DNA of 64,000 nucleotides from a virus. The stretch spans positions 1 to 64,000 of IMG/VR virus record IMGVR_UViG_3300017963_000220, one strand, 5' to 3'. Below are positions 21,982 to 31,223 of the stretch, in pieces (within the stretch, counting starts at the first letter, position 1; every line of letters begins with the position of its first letter). The translations under genes were made by a program, and so were the position numbers. The notes beneath the pieces are model-generated. The model saw nothing but the letters and a program-made list of their open reading frames with translations. It searched no databases and was not told the DNA's origin.

Positions 21982-23588
21982 TGAACTTTGGGAATCATGA
22001 AAGCTCACATATCGTCATTCCTGATGTGGGGATGACCTTGATTGTGGGTGAGAATGGTTCAGGGAAGTCCATGATTGGTGAGGCGATTACCTGGTGCCTC
22101 TGGGGAGAGACAATACGAACCACGCGCCGGGGTTGGTCACCAGCCAGTCCCGGCGCGTCCGTTTCTTTGCTTTTAGGAGAGCGTGTCTATGACAGAAAGC
22201 TCAATAAAAGTGGTGGGAGATTCACCATCGACGGCAAGGGAACCACGCGTGACAACAATACGGAGGTCCGAAGACTCCTCGGGTCGGCAAAGTTATACCT
22301 TTCAACTCGAGTATTCCACCGTTCTCTTCTTGTCAAATTCTCCAACGCCACAGACAGTGAACGCAAAGCTATTATTGAATATCTCCTTGGAGCCTCTGAG
22401 TTTGACGTGTGGCTCCAACAAACCAAAGAAGAGCAACGTGAACTTGGACCAGAGTTCATCAGACTGACACGTCAGGTCAACAAGCTAAGGTCTCAGATAG
22501 CATTCCATGATGGTCAGCTCGCGGCTTTTGAAGCTCCTAAGAAACCTAAGAAGAGTAAGGCTGTCAAAGAGGCAGAGAAGTTTCTCAAGGCGTACAAGCC
22601 TATCGAGGTTCCGCTGGAGCCCCCACCGGAAGCCTATGAAAAGGCAAGAACCCACAAGGATTCCTCGAAGTGGGAGCTACGAACAGTTGAGAAGGAAATG
22701 CAACGCTGTGGTCAGCTCATGGAAGAGGGTAAATGTCCTACGTGTGGCCGAGCGACGAAGAAGGTCATGGAGAGTCAGCTCGTTGAGTTGACAGCCAAGC
22801 GCATAGCAATAAAGCTGGTCTATGAAAAGGCGTGTGAGACTTTCGACCGTGAAGGGAAAGCCTACGCCAAGCTTGTCGACGCTCATGGCCAGCTACGTAA
22901 AGAGGCCCATGAGCAACGCCAACAAAAGGCTCGAGCTGAGTATGTCCTAGAGGCTTACGAGCTGGAGCTTGATGAATATAAGCAAGTCAAGCGTAGCTTC
23001 AAGAAAGCCAAGCGTGAGGCTGAGAAGAATCTTGGAAAACTGGTAAAGAAAAAGCGCACACTCATGACACGTTGGGTAAGTCTCGAGTCCAGAATGAGAC
23101 GGCTGGGTGATCTGATGAAGATCTATGGTCCTCGTGGGGCAAGAGTTGACTTACTTCGAGAGGCGTTTGAGGTGTTGGGCGAGGTAGCTACAAATGTCGC
23201 GAGAGAACTCTATAAACAGCGCGTCGAAATCGAAGTCAGACCATCTGATGACCTCGAGCGATTTACACTCAGGGTCACCATCCCGGATGGCCGAGATATA
23301 TCATATAGAGGCTTGTCGGAAGGCGAGAGAAGCCTTGTTGACTTTAGCTTACTCAAAGCTCTTGCAGCCGTACCGAGGACCTCTACTGGAGCGGAAAGAC
23401 TACCCCTCTGTTACGACGACATCTTCGATGCTATCGACGAAGGTAACCGTGACAGGGTTTCAACCTTCATTCGTAATGAAGCGCGTACCCAAGGCGTGAT
23501 TGTCTTTTCACACGACGACACATTGCTAGACGTATTCACAGACGCTACCTGTTACAAGGTAGTCGACGGAAAGGTTGAGAAAGTATGA
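21966..23588 (+). CDS. Rad50/SbcC-family ATPase
   Basis: Walker A GENGSGKS, CPTCG zinc hook within a coiled coil, signature LSEGERSL, Walker B LCYDDIFD. Confidence 0.8.
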   Translation: MEIALMNFGNHESSHIVIPDVGMTLIVGENGSGKSMIGEAITWCLWGETIRTTRRGWSPASPGASVSLLLGERVYDRKLNKSGGRFTIDGKGTTRDNNTEVRRLLGSAKLYLSTRVFHRSLLVKFSNATDSERKAIIEYLLGASEFDVWLQQTKEEQRELGPEFIRLTRQVNKLRSQIAFHDGQLAAFEAPKKPKKSKAVKEAEKFLKAYKPIEVPLEPPPEAYEKARTHKDSSKWELRTVEKEMQRCGQLMEEGKCPTCGRATKKVMESQLVELTAKRIAIKLVYEKACETFDREGKAYAKLVDAHGQLRKEAHEQRQQKARAEYVLEAYELELDEYKQVKRSFKKAKREAEKNLGKLVKKKRTLMTRWVSLESRMRRLGDLMKIYGPRGARVDLLREAFEVLGEVATNVARELYKQRVEIEVRPSDDLERFTLRVTIPDGRDISYRGLSEGERSLVDFSLLKALAAVPRTSTGAERLPLCYDDIFDAIDEGNRDRVSTFIRNEARTQGVIVFSHDDTLLDVFTDATCYKVVDGKVEKV

Positions 23589-23992
23589 GCAGGAGACTTC
23601 ATACAGAGCTACTGATTCAGGTCGCTACAGACCTAGCTCTGGAACACATTCGAGGACAATTCAACACAGAGCAGAACCAGGACAACCTTATCAAGACCGT
23701 TGGCCCACTGGATATGCAGGTAGGGGCTGGTGTGTCTGACCTTGAGGTGTCCTTTCCTGGTGGAGTGACGACCCTTCGTTTTCTCGCCATCATGGACGTG
23801 GACGCCCCGGATGGTGTGCAAGTTCTGTTGAATGGCGCGACGACGGACCCACTGGTGGTCAAGCCCGGTACGGGTACTGGTTTGACTGGTGAGCTTGTGG
23901 TCACCACCACTGCCACTTCGCTTCACCTGACAAACCCATCTTCGACGACGGATGTCAATCTGTCGCTGTTGATGGGTTTTGCCAACACTTGA
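23585..23992 (+). CDS. hypothetical protein
   Basis: ATGA overlap with the upstream gene. Confidence 0.5.
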   Translation: MSRRLHTELLIQVATDLALEHIRGQFNTEQNQDNLIKTVGPLDMQVGAGVSDLEVSFPGGVTTLRFLAIMDVDAPDGVQVLLNGATTDPLVVKPGTGTGLTGELVVTTTATSLHLTNPSSTTDVNLSLLMGFANT

Positions 23993-24626
23993 TGAGGTAG
24001 ACGTGGCGACATCAGTAGGTATTGACCCTGGTGTTTTACACTTGGGTCTGGCCGCAAAAACCGATGATGACAGCGTTCTAGTTCAAGAGCTGTCGTTCCC
24101 TAAAGAGGGAATAGATGGTGTCGTTGGCGACTATCTGCGTTGTACAGCTTTGTGTGATGACCTGTATGATTGGCTTCTAGCTTGTATTCGTCCGATGGCG
24201 ACCAGGCTAAGGGTAAACACCAAGAGGGGAAAGCAACTGGTGAACAGTCCAATCATTACAGTGGAGGGACCAGCGCTGGCGCGAGGTGGGACACGCACCG
24301 TGCAGGTAGGTTTTCTACACATGGCTATTTACACCGCGCTCTGTAGATTACGGAGCCTGACCCTGGTGGTTTGTCCCCCAATGGTCCTGAAGAAGCGTGT
24401 CACTGGAAAGGGAAACGCTTCCAAGGAAGCTATGATGGAGGGCATCCTCAAACGTTGGTTTTCGGGGGATATTCCGAGCTTCGGGAACCAAAACATTTAC
24501 GAAGCTTACGCACTTGCACGGTTGGGTGAAGAGGTGGTTTTAGGTGTACCACCTTCATGGATGCAGGGTAAAGTACAGGTATACACCATTTCGGAAGGTT
24601 CGATTCATGACATCACAATCAGATGA
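23979..24626 (+). CDS. RuvC-like Holliday-junction resolvase (tentative)
   Basis: N-terminal VGIDPGVLHLGLA (RuvC-fold GIDPG). Sits after the recombination genes. Start uncertain. Confidence 0.5.
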   Translation: MPTLDEVDVATSVGIDPGVLHLGLAAKTDDDSVLVQELSFPKEGIDGVVGDYLRCTALCDDLYDWLLACIRPMATRLRVNTKRGKQLVNSPIITVEGPALARGGTRTVQVGFLHMAIYTALCRLRSLTLVVCPPMVLKKRVTGKGNASKEAMMEGILKRWFSGDIPSFGNQNIYEAYALARLGEEVVLGVPPSWMQGKVQVYTISEGSIHDITIR

Positions 24627-24963
24627 GGAGCGGCGGAAGACAGAACGTAACCGTCGCAAGAGAGAAAGGAAGAGACAACAAAGAGACACCAAACGTCTGA
24701 GAAAGCTCTCTGAAGAGGAGAAACGGAAGATCCGAATCAGATCAAAACTGGCTGTTGAAGAGAGCTTGGACCGTCTCTTCCGGACGTTGACCAAAAGCCT
24801 ACCAGTGGCGCACATACGGAGTGACATCCCTGAGAGTACCCGTGTTTTGATTCATCCTCGGCTACAGAAGTATGCCCGAGGCTATTGGAGAAAGAAGGTA
24901 CTCCAACTCATCGCTGAGAGTAAGCGAAAAGCTCCGTCCATACTTCGGCGGGGTGCAGCATGA
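24607..24963 (+). CDS. Arg/Lys-rich hypothetical protein
   Basis: ORF 24544.. trimmed to ATG24607. Contains ERRKTERNRRKRERKRQQRDTKRLRK. Confidence 0.45.
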   Translation: MTSQSDEERRKTERNRRKRERKRQQRDTKRLRKLSEEEKRKIRIRSKLAVEESLDRLFRTLTKSLPVAHIRSDIPESTRVLIHPRLQKYARGYWRKKVLQLIAESKRKAPSILRRGAA

Positions 24964-25316
24964 CTGAGATGAAACTTAGTCTGGCGGGATTCGTGGTTAT
25001 GATTCTTGCCCTGGACCTTGTTCTGAAGTGGCGGAATCGCCATGGGGCTTTAGAAGATGTAACAGACTGGAAAGGGCTTATACCTCTGCCAGCGCTAGCT
25101 GTGTTGGGAGGTCTCTCCTCACTCGTTTGTGGATGGGTGGGGTGGGGGCTTCTCATCACAGCTGGTTTGGCTTCTGCCGATACTATCAAGGTGGTGGCGT
25201 CTCCTGGAGTGGGCTGGGAACGAGCGATCGTTATCAGATCAACCATGATATTCCAGGCAGCTACTATCGCGATGGGTATCCGAGCCGCTGTTCAGCTTAG
25301 TATGAGCTTAGTCTGA
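24960..25316 (+). CDS. small membrane protein (3-4 predicted TM segments)
   Basis: Hydrophobic stretches LAGFVVMILALDLVL and LAVLGGLSSLVCGWVGWGLLITAGLA. ATGA overlap. Confidence 0.55.
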   Translation: MTEMKLSLAGFVVMILALDLVLKWRNRHGALEDVTDWKGLIPLPALAVLGGLSSLVCGWVGWGLLITAGLASADTIKVVASPGVGWERAIVIRSTMIFQAATIAMGIRAAVQLSMSLV

Positions 25317-25330
25317 TAAAGGAGGGCCGC

Positions 25331-25693
25331 TTGTCGTTTTATGGGAAGGTAGTACACAAAGGACATTTCGACGCAGCACATTGTCTGGAGGGCTTTGGTA
25401 AGTGTTCCAACCTTCATGGGCACACCTATACAGTTGAGATAGAGATAAGCGGTCCTGTAATGGAGAACGGTGTCATAGCCGACTTCCGTGACGTCAAGGA
25501 TTGCTACATGTGTCTCGATCACAAAAATCTCAATGAAGTTTTGGGCGTTTTACCTACAGCCGAGAACACCGCGATCTTTATACTCGAAACTCTGCACGCA
25601 AAGTTTGACCTCAAGCCTGGGACAAAACATGACCGCGAGTATAGGGTCCGTCTCTGGGAGGGCAAGAACAACTATGTGGAGTTTGAGCTGTGA
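25331..25693 (+). CDS. queD: 6-carboxy-5,6,7,8-tetrahydropterin synthase
   Basis: PTPS motif CSNLHGHTYTVEI. TTG start after TAAAGGAGGG. Confidence 0.85.
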   Translation: MSFYGKVVHKGHFDAAHCLEGFGKCSNLHGHTYTVEIEISGPVMENGVIADFRDVKDCYMCLDHKNLNEVLGVLPTAENTAIFILETLHAKFDLKPGTKHDREYRVRLWEGKNNYVEFEL

Positions 25694-26685
25694 CGCGAGT
25701 GTTCCTGGCTGATGAAGCCTCTCCAGTGGTGACAAGGTACAAGAACATAGGAGACATAGACTTCTCTGTGAGACTTCTCTTGACATGCACAGGTTCGGCG
25801 CGGTCTCGAGCGCGTATTATGGCTCGAGCCTGTGACGCTCTACAGCCTCAGAGTCTCTTTGTGGATTCTGGCGCTTTTGTGTTACGCAGCGCTTTCTACA
25901 AACATGGTAAGCTCCCGTCTGTTTCAGAGGCCGAGGAGATCATCAGGAATCATCTGGGCTCTTGTGTTTGGCTGGTAGAGCATAAATATCCTCTCGAAGC
26001 CGTAGCCGAGTTGGACTTGCCTGATATCTATGGCGAGGACATCAATGAGCGCTGGCGAGAGAAATATTTCTACCCATTCCAGGAGCAGACTGGTGTACCT
26101 GTTGTTCTAGCGGTACACGGGAGTGTCAAATGGGAGGCTGTCATAGAGAATCCCCGGCTCAAGTATCTGGGGATGTCGGCGGCGATGAACAAGAAAACTA
26201 TTGCTGCTAGCTATGGCTCCTATGAGGGTTACGTCAAGTTCATGAGAAACATCGCTGAAATTTGCTACCTGGCTGGCGTGAAGTTTCACGGCTACGCTGT
26301 GACGCGCTCGAGTCTCTTGAGGAGGGTACCATACTACTCCTGTGATAGTGTTACCTGGCAACAGGCTTTACACTTCGGCGGAGCTATGGCGTTCGACGAG
26401 TCATCAGGGAACCTGGTACGTGTGGACGCTGGGAAGTCTCTCGTCAAGAACAAGGGAGCAAAGAAGCTAGCTATGAATATCGTCAAGATTCAGAGTCATG
26501 GGTCACGGCTCAGACCTCTGGATGTCATTGGACGAGAGAAGATAAAAGGTCGCCCTCGGGCTGACCATCATGCAATATTCCATGATCAAGCCCGAGTCTT
26601 TTCCCAGATGGAGACCTACTTCACCAAGTTCTGGAAGCTCAAGGGCTTTGACTGGGAACAGCAACTCGAGGACCACGGACGATGA
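25690..26685 (+). CDS. dpdA: DpdA-like DNA-guanine transglycosylase (TGT superfamily)
   Basis: LFVDSGAF resembles the TGT DSGGF catalytic-Asp motif. Located between queD and queE. Size ~330 aa. Confidence 0.6.
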   Translation: MTRVFLADEASPVVTRYKNIGDIDFSVRLLLTCTGSARSRARIMARACDALQPQSLFVDSGAFVLRSAFYKHGKLPSVSEAEEIIRNHLGSCVWLVEHKYPLEAVAELDLPDIYGEDINERWREKYFYPFQEQTGVPVVLAVHGSVKWEAVIENPRLKYLGMSAAMNKKTIAASYGSYEGYVKFMRNIAEICYLAGVKFHGYAVTRSSLLRRVPYYSCDSVTWQQALHFGGAMAFDESSGNLVRVDAGKSLVKNKGAKKLAMNIVKIQSHGSRLRPLDVIGREKIKGRPRADHHAIFHDQARVFSQMETYFTKFWKLKGFDWEQQLEDHGR

Positions 26686-27503
26686 AGGTACAGAAGAAGA
26701 AAAAGACGAAAAAGAAAAAGCTGAAATTGAAGCTGCCCGAGCGGGTCAGACTAAAAGCTGGCCAGTTTGTGGAGCTACCAGGTGGTCTCATCATAGGCGA
26801 GGTTCCGCTCGAGAAGATTGAGCATCGAAAGGTTCGCTTTCGACGTATGGATTCATTACAGCTTGGCGCTCTCAAGGAATCCATTGAGCGTCTGGGTGTG
26901 AAGGACCCTGCCTTGGTGGTTCCCAACAAGAAGGGTGGCTTTGACCTTGTGGATGGTCACCATCGCGAGGACGAGATCTCTGCTCAAGGTGGAGAGTCTA
27001 TTCCTGTGGTGGTACTCACCGACAAGGAAGGTGAGCTAGTGACAGCCAAAGAGGCTGACCTGGCTATGCACCGCTTCAACATTTCAGCTCATACAGATGG
27101 AGAGAACTTTCTTCAGGTACTCCATGAGATGCACGGATCAGGTATCTCCATCGAAGACATCGCGAAGGCCACAGCCAAAGACGTCGCCTCCATTTCTGAG
27201 ATGGTCGAAGCTTTTACAGCAGACCTCGAAGAAGACGATGACGATGAGGACGACACCAGAGGCGGGGCCGGTTCAGGTGGGAGTCGTTATGACTCGGCTA
27301 CTGCTTTCGGCGCGGCTGAGAATGACGAACCAACACATGAATCCTCACGTGGGATTCCCTTGATTTTGCAGCTACCAGGGACAGATGATGTCCGAGAGCT
27401 GTTGAGTAGGGCTGTAGAACTGTTCAAATCTTCCTCTACCTCTGAGGCGGTAGTGGAAGCCTTGCGTGTAGTCGTTGGAAGAAACGACGAAGGAGAAGAG
27501 TAA
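26682..27503 (+). CDS. ParB N-terminal-domain protein (DpdB-like position)
   Basis: GVKDPALVV...FDLVDGHHR (ParB/Srx domain). ATGA-coupled to the dpdA-like gene. N-terminus MKVQKKKKTKKKKLKLKL. Confidence 0.6.
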   Translation: MKVQKKKKTKKKKLKLKLPERVRLKAGQFVELPGGLIIGEVPLEKIEHRKVRFRRMDSLQLGALKESIERLGVKDPALVVPNKKGGFDLVDGHHREDEISAQGGESIPVVVLTDKEGELVTAKEADLAMHRFNISAHTDGENFLQVLHEMHGSGISIEDIAKATAKDVASISEMVEAFTADLEEDDDDEDDTRGGAGSGGSRYDSATAFGAAENDEPTHESSRGIPLILQLPGTDDVRELLSRAVELFKSSSTSEAVVEALRVVVGRNDEGEE

Positions 27504-27887
27504 ATGTCAGACGATCTCATGAGAACCGTTCTCACACAACTTCTGGGCGAGACCGAGCATCCCTATCCGGACATGAGGCCCCTCGCGAGAGGACTCACCA
27601 ACGCCGCTCAGATTCAATTCGGTAACGAGGTGAGCACAGGCGCGGACATCAATGTGGATACCGATGGTGATCCACGAGCGGTCATCGTCTTCAACGAGAC
27701 TGATCCTACGCTCGCTGTCAAGCTCTACGGCATGGCTGGCGAGTACGCGATGAAGCTCACCGACGCTCCCGCGCTGACTTTCAGCGATGACGTGATCGAG
27801 CTGAAGTCCGGTGGCTTCGAGATCGGCACAGATGCAGACATGAATCCGGCGGGCGGTGAAGTCCTTCGGTGGGCCGCGATCATCTGA
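27504..27887 (+). CDS. hypothetical protein inside the deazaguanine cluster
   Basis: Starts 1 nt after the upstream stop. No motif recognised. Confidence 0.5.
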   Translation: MSDDLMRTVLTQLLGETEHPYPDMRPLARGLTNAAQIQFGNEVSTGADINVDTDGDPRAVIVFNETDPTLAVKLYGMAGEYAMKLTDAPALTFSDDVIELKSGGFEIGTDADMNPAGGEVLRWAAII

Positions 27888-27901
27888 TCGGAATCCGATC
27901 A
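27885..27901. repeat. GATC-N7-GATC inverted repeat (compensated variant)
   Basis: TGATCGGAATCCGATCA. The inner arms change from CTGA/TCAG to CGGA/TCCG but remain complementary. Confidence 0.9.
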
Positions 27902-27958
27902 ACCAACGCCATGGCTGTGGGGCTCTTCTAGCCCCCAGCCTGGGCCGCACTTTTTATA

Positions 27959-28657
27959 ATGAAACCATACACTTACCCGATAAGCGAGATGGTGGAGACA
28001 TGGCAGGGTGAAGGACCACACACTGGTTATCCTGTAATACTCGTCCGTTTCGCTGGGTGTAACCTGAATTGTACCTGGTGTGACCAGCCTGACGCGAAAG
28101 CGTTTGGTGATTCTCCACGGTATACTCTGAGGCAGTTTGATATCAAACTGAGGGGACATTCTTACGCCAATATCCTACTGACTGGTGGCGAGCCTACGCA
28201 ACATCTGGATCGTGACATTGTAGAGGTATTGACAAACTATCAGGCCGATTTCAGCAAGCCAGGGCTGTTCACACCGAAGATTATCCTCGAGACGAATGGT
28301 ACTGTACCTGATCGAGAAGACCCTACACCGGAGAGGGGAATACCTAATCTGGCAGTGGTTGTCTCTCCCAAGTATGGTAGCCGAGATGATATACGTCTAC
28401 GGTGGTATGGTAACATGGTGTGGTTGAAGTATGTTGTACCAGGTGACTGGCCTGACCCGGATGCTATCGTAGATTCCGTAGAGAGTCTGTGTGTAGCTCC
28501 GAACATGGTATACTTTCAGCCTCAGAGTAGGCTTACTTCGCATGGAGAGTCCATGGCTATGTCTGTCACTGAGACATGGGCAGATGTTTACCGAGCCCGT
28601 ACAGGTTTTAGACCTAGACTCTCTCTACAAACTCACAAGTTCGTGAATATACCTTAG
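27959..28657 (+). CDS. queE: 7-carboxy-7-deazaguanine synthase (radical SAM)
   Basis: YPISEMVETWQGEG...VRFAGCNLNCTWCD matches the QueE N-terminus and CX3CX2C-type cluster. Confidence 0.85.
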   Translation: MKPYTYPISEMVETWQGEGPHTGYPVILVRFAGCNLNCTWCDQPDAKAFGDSPRYTLRQFDIKLRGHSYANILLTGGEPTQHLDRDIVEVLTNYQADFSKPGLFTPKIILETNGTVPDREDPTPERGIPNLAVVVSPKYGSRDDIRLRWYGNMVWLKYVVPGDWPDPDAIVDSVESLCVAPNMVYFQPQSRLTSHGESMAMSVTETWADVYRARTGFRPRLSLQTHKFVNIP

Positions 28658-28665
28658 GAGGCGAG

Positions 28666-29571
28666 ATGGCAAAAGCCGAGATTATTATCTCACAAGACCC
28701 ACATGGATCGTCTCCCGCTGGCGTAGCCAAACGAGAGCTTGATCTGTATTCGGTCGGAAGTAAACCCATCATTTTCACGAACTCATCTGATGGCAACATC
28801 GGCGTGAGTAAGTGGGAGTGGACGCTTGTGGAGCGCCCACCAGGGTCGTCGGCTAGCTTGGCTGACGCCGACACAGATACGGCAGAGCTTGAAGCTGATG
28901 TGTACGGTAGATATGTTGTGTCTCTTCGCGTGAATGACTTGGGTGATGACACCATGGGGTTCTCTGTAACCGTTGCTGGTGTCTCGTATCCCTCGTTGGG
29001 TTCTCTGGTGAGCGGTGATGAACTGGGTGACTGGGACTTACCTGCCTTTCATGAGGAGACCTACGCGAATTGGACGGACTTCTATGGTCCACTCAATCCC
29101 TTTGGCGCACAGCGAGAGCTGTTCCGGATTCTGAAACAGATGAGAGAGAACCTGAGCGGTGGGGTGGCTGATGGTGTCATTCGCTTCCCATTGTCGGGGG
29201 CTCTCACACAACGTACTGACCTGAGTACCTGGACAGACGCAGCTTACATCAAAGCTTTTGATATGAGTGACATCGCTCACGTCAACGCTTACTTTGGGGC
29301 GACGGCTGTTCGAGAGGGTGTGGCAGGCACAGTAAACATACGGCTCTACGACGTGACGAACGCGGTAGCTATCACAGGTAGCACGCTCACAGGTTATGGG
29401 GCCTCCCCAGAAGACAAAGAAACATCTGCTCTGACTGTTGGCGGCTCGGCGGGTAACCTCCGTAATGACGCTGACACAAACTACAAGGTTCAGATTCAGA
29501 TCACAGGCGGTACACCATCGACAGACTTCGTTAGTATGTACGATGCCTGGCTAAGATTGGTGTTGGTGTAA
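28666..29571 (+). CDS. hypothetical protein with PKD/Ig-like N-terminal segment
   Basis: AGGAGG upstream. WEWTLVERPPGSSASL...GRYVVSLRVND resembles a PKD-type repeat. Confidence 0.55.
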   Translation: MAKAEIIISQDPHGSSPAGVAKRELDLYSVGSKPIIFTNSSDGNIGVSKWEWTLVERPPGSSASLADADTDTAELEADVYGRYVVSLRVNDLGDDTMGFSVTVAGVSYPSLGSLVSGDELGDWDLPAFHEETYANWTDFYGPLNPFGAQRELFRILKQMRENLSGGVADGVIRFPLSGALTQRTDLSTWTDAAYIKAFDMSDIAHVNAYFGATAVREGVAGTVNIRLYDVTNAVAITGSTLTGYGASPEDKETSALTVGGSAGNLRNDADTNYKVQIQITGGTPSTDFVSMYDAWLRLVLV

Positions 29572-29572
29572 C

Positions 29573-30373
29573 ATGGAAGACGTTCACGAGGAAGCCGATG
29601 ACCGAGGCATACCTATCAAGGTAGGTGTGGAGAATGTTCGTCATACTGTCTTGGTTCTTGGGCGTGATGGGGATCTCCGTGAATGCTTTGCGAGTGTTGA
29701 TGTCCAGGTGGAACTTGAACACGACGTTCGAGGTATTCACATGAGTAGAATCCTGCGTTGGTTGACGGATTGGAATCCTCTACCAGTGTATGGTGGGCTG
29801 ACTTTGGACGCCGCGACAAAACTAAGACAGGTAATGGGTGGAGGCGCAGTGGACATTGTGTCTCGTTTTCCTTTACCAGTTGTCAGGCGAACACCATCTG
29901 AACATCTCAGAACATCTCAATTCTATGATGCTGTAGTTCAACAGTCCTGGTCTGGGGCTCCATCGGAGCTGACCTATCGTTCATCTCTGACGGTTCCTGT
30001 GTTTACTGTCTGCCCTTGTAGCTTGTCGATGTGTGAGGGGATAGCCGCTCATACTCAGCGCTGTTACATAACTGCTACTGTAACACAGAACTGGGAACAC
30101 CTATGGGAGCGCTACATCCCACTCGAGGACGTTTACGATTGTCTCGCGAAGTGTGGGTCTGCCCCTGTCTTCTCGACACTGAAACGTCCAGATGAGATGA
30201 GCGTGGTCCAAGGTGGCTTCGCCAATCCAAAGTTTGTTGAAGACGTGGTACGTGATGCCGTGATCGAACTCAGATCACGGCTGAAGTTTTCGCGTTTAGA
30301 GGTACGAGCCCACAGTCAGGAAAGTATTCATCCCCACAATGTTGTGGCGTGCGCTACAGAGGTTTCAGAATGA
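29573..30373 (+). CDS. folE2: GTP cyclohydrolase I type 2
   Basis: RGIHMSRI (FolE2 GTHMSRF-like) and VCPCS motifs. Confidence 0.7.
   Translation: MEDVHEEADDRGIPIKVGVENVRHTVLVLGRDGDLRECFASVDVQVELEHDVRGIHMSRILRWLTDWNPLPVYGGLTLDAATKLRQVMGGGAVDIVSRFPLPVVRRTPSEHLRTSQFYDAVVQQSWSGAPSELTYRSSLTVPVFTVCPCSLSMCEGIAAHTQRCYITATVTQNWEHLWERYIPLEDVYDCLAKCGSAPVFSTLKRPDEMSVVQGGFANPKFVEDVVRDAVIELRSRLKFSRLEVRAHSQESIHPHNVVACATEVSE
30259..30279. repeat. GATC-N7-GATC inverted repeat inside folE2
   Basis: CGTGATC-gaactca-GATCACG. It encodes AVIELRSR. Confidence 0.9.
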
Positions 30374-31173
30374 CCAAGAAGTTGAAACTGAAACTGAAGG
30401 TGAAGAAGAAGCGGAAGTCAAAGAAGGCAAAGGACAAAGAGGTACTCGAGAAGCTACCTAAGGTCAAGGTCACATTCGAGTACAATCCTAAGTCACGAAG
30501 ACGGATACCTCTTGACGTGGTGGAACGCATGTTTGAGCTGTACTGTCAGGAGTATCCTGTTCGCGCCATCGCTGAGGAGACAGGTGCAGCAGTCCCGACC
30601 GTTACGAAGTATATCAATGAGGGAGATCCTGAGCGCCAGGTGGAACCGTTACGGGACCGCCGGGCTCGAGTCCTACAGGCGCTCTTCGCTCAGAATGAAG
30701 AGGCGTTGAATAAGCGCATGTCCCATCATACCAAACTGAACTCCGCTGGTTTTGGTCAAGCGGCGGCGCGGATTATCAGACGATACCAAGCTGCCGAAGC
30801 TCTCGATGACGCTACGCTCCTCTCCGACAAAGAGCGGGCGTTGTATGAGCGCATAGCTCTCGAGCCTGACCTGGCTGACGTATCGACGTTCCATCGGAAT
30901 TCTATGGATCTCATGCGCCTATCCTTGGGACTGAGAGACACAGCTCCAGTGAATATCAACGTGAGTCAGAATCAAGAGCAAACTCAAGACCAGGGCGCTG
31001 ACATTTCTGTGAAAGACCAGGGTGACATCGAGATAGTCTACGAACACATCCAAGCATTGTCTCGTGCTGGCGAGAAGGACGAGAAGATAGTAGCGAACAC
31101 CGTCAAGAGAGCCAGCTTGCGCACCGAAGGTACACTTGAGAACGAGGACCCACATACACCTACACAGAAATAA
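30370..31173 (+). CDS. putative HTH protein with KLKLKLKVKKKRK leader
   Basis: ORF 30349.. trimmed to the ATGA overlap at 30370. HTH-like VRAIAEETGAAVPTVTKYI. Confidence 0.5.
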   Translation: MTKKLKLKLKVKKKRKSKKAKDKEVLEKLPKVKVTFEYNPKSRRRIPLDVVERMFELYCQEYPVRAIAEETGAAVPTVTKYINEGDPERQVEPLRDRRARVLQALFAQNEEALNKRMSHHTKLNSAGFGQAAARIIRRYQAAEALDDATLLSDKERALYERIALEPDLADVSTFHRNSMDLMRLSLGLRDTAPVNINVSQNQEQTQDQGADISVKDQGDIEIVYEHIQALSRAGEKDEKIVANTVKRASLRTEGTLENEDPHTPTQK

Positions 31174-31190
31174 TTACCAACCATACACAG

Positions 31191-31212
31191 CCTCGGATAG
31201 GTTATGTGTGGA
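31191..31212 (+). promoter_or_regulatory. conserved GGATAGG-type motif, copy 4
   Basis: CCTCGGATAGGTTATGTGTGGA, upstream of 31224. Confidence 0.4.
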
Positions 31213-31223
31213 AGGGAGGGAAT

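Noticed and set aside
24585-24610. GGAAGGTTCGATTCATGAC as another T-arm or TLS. Similar isolated GGTTCRA strings occur at 12974, 33661 and 50388.
   Set aside because: There are no complementary stems around the loop, and they lie inside coding sequence.
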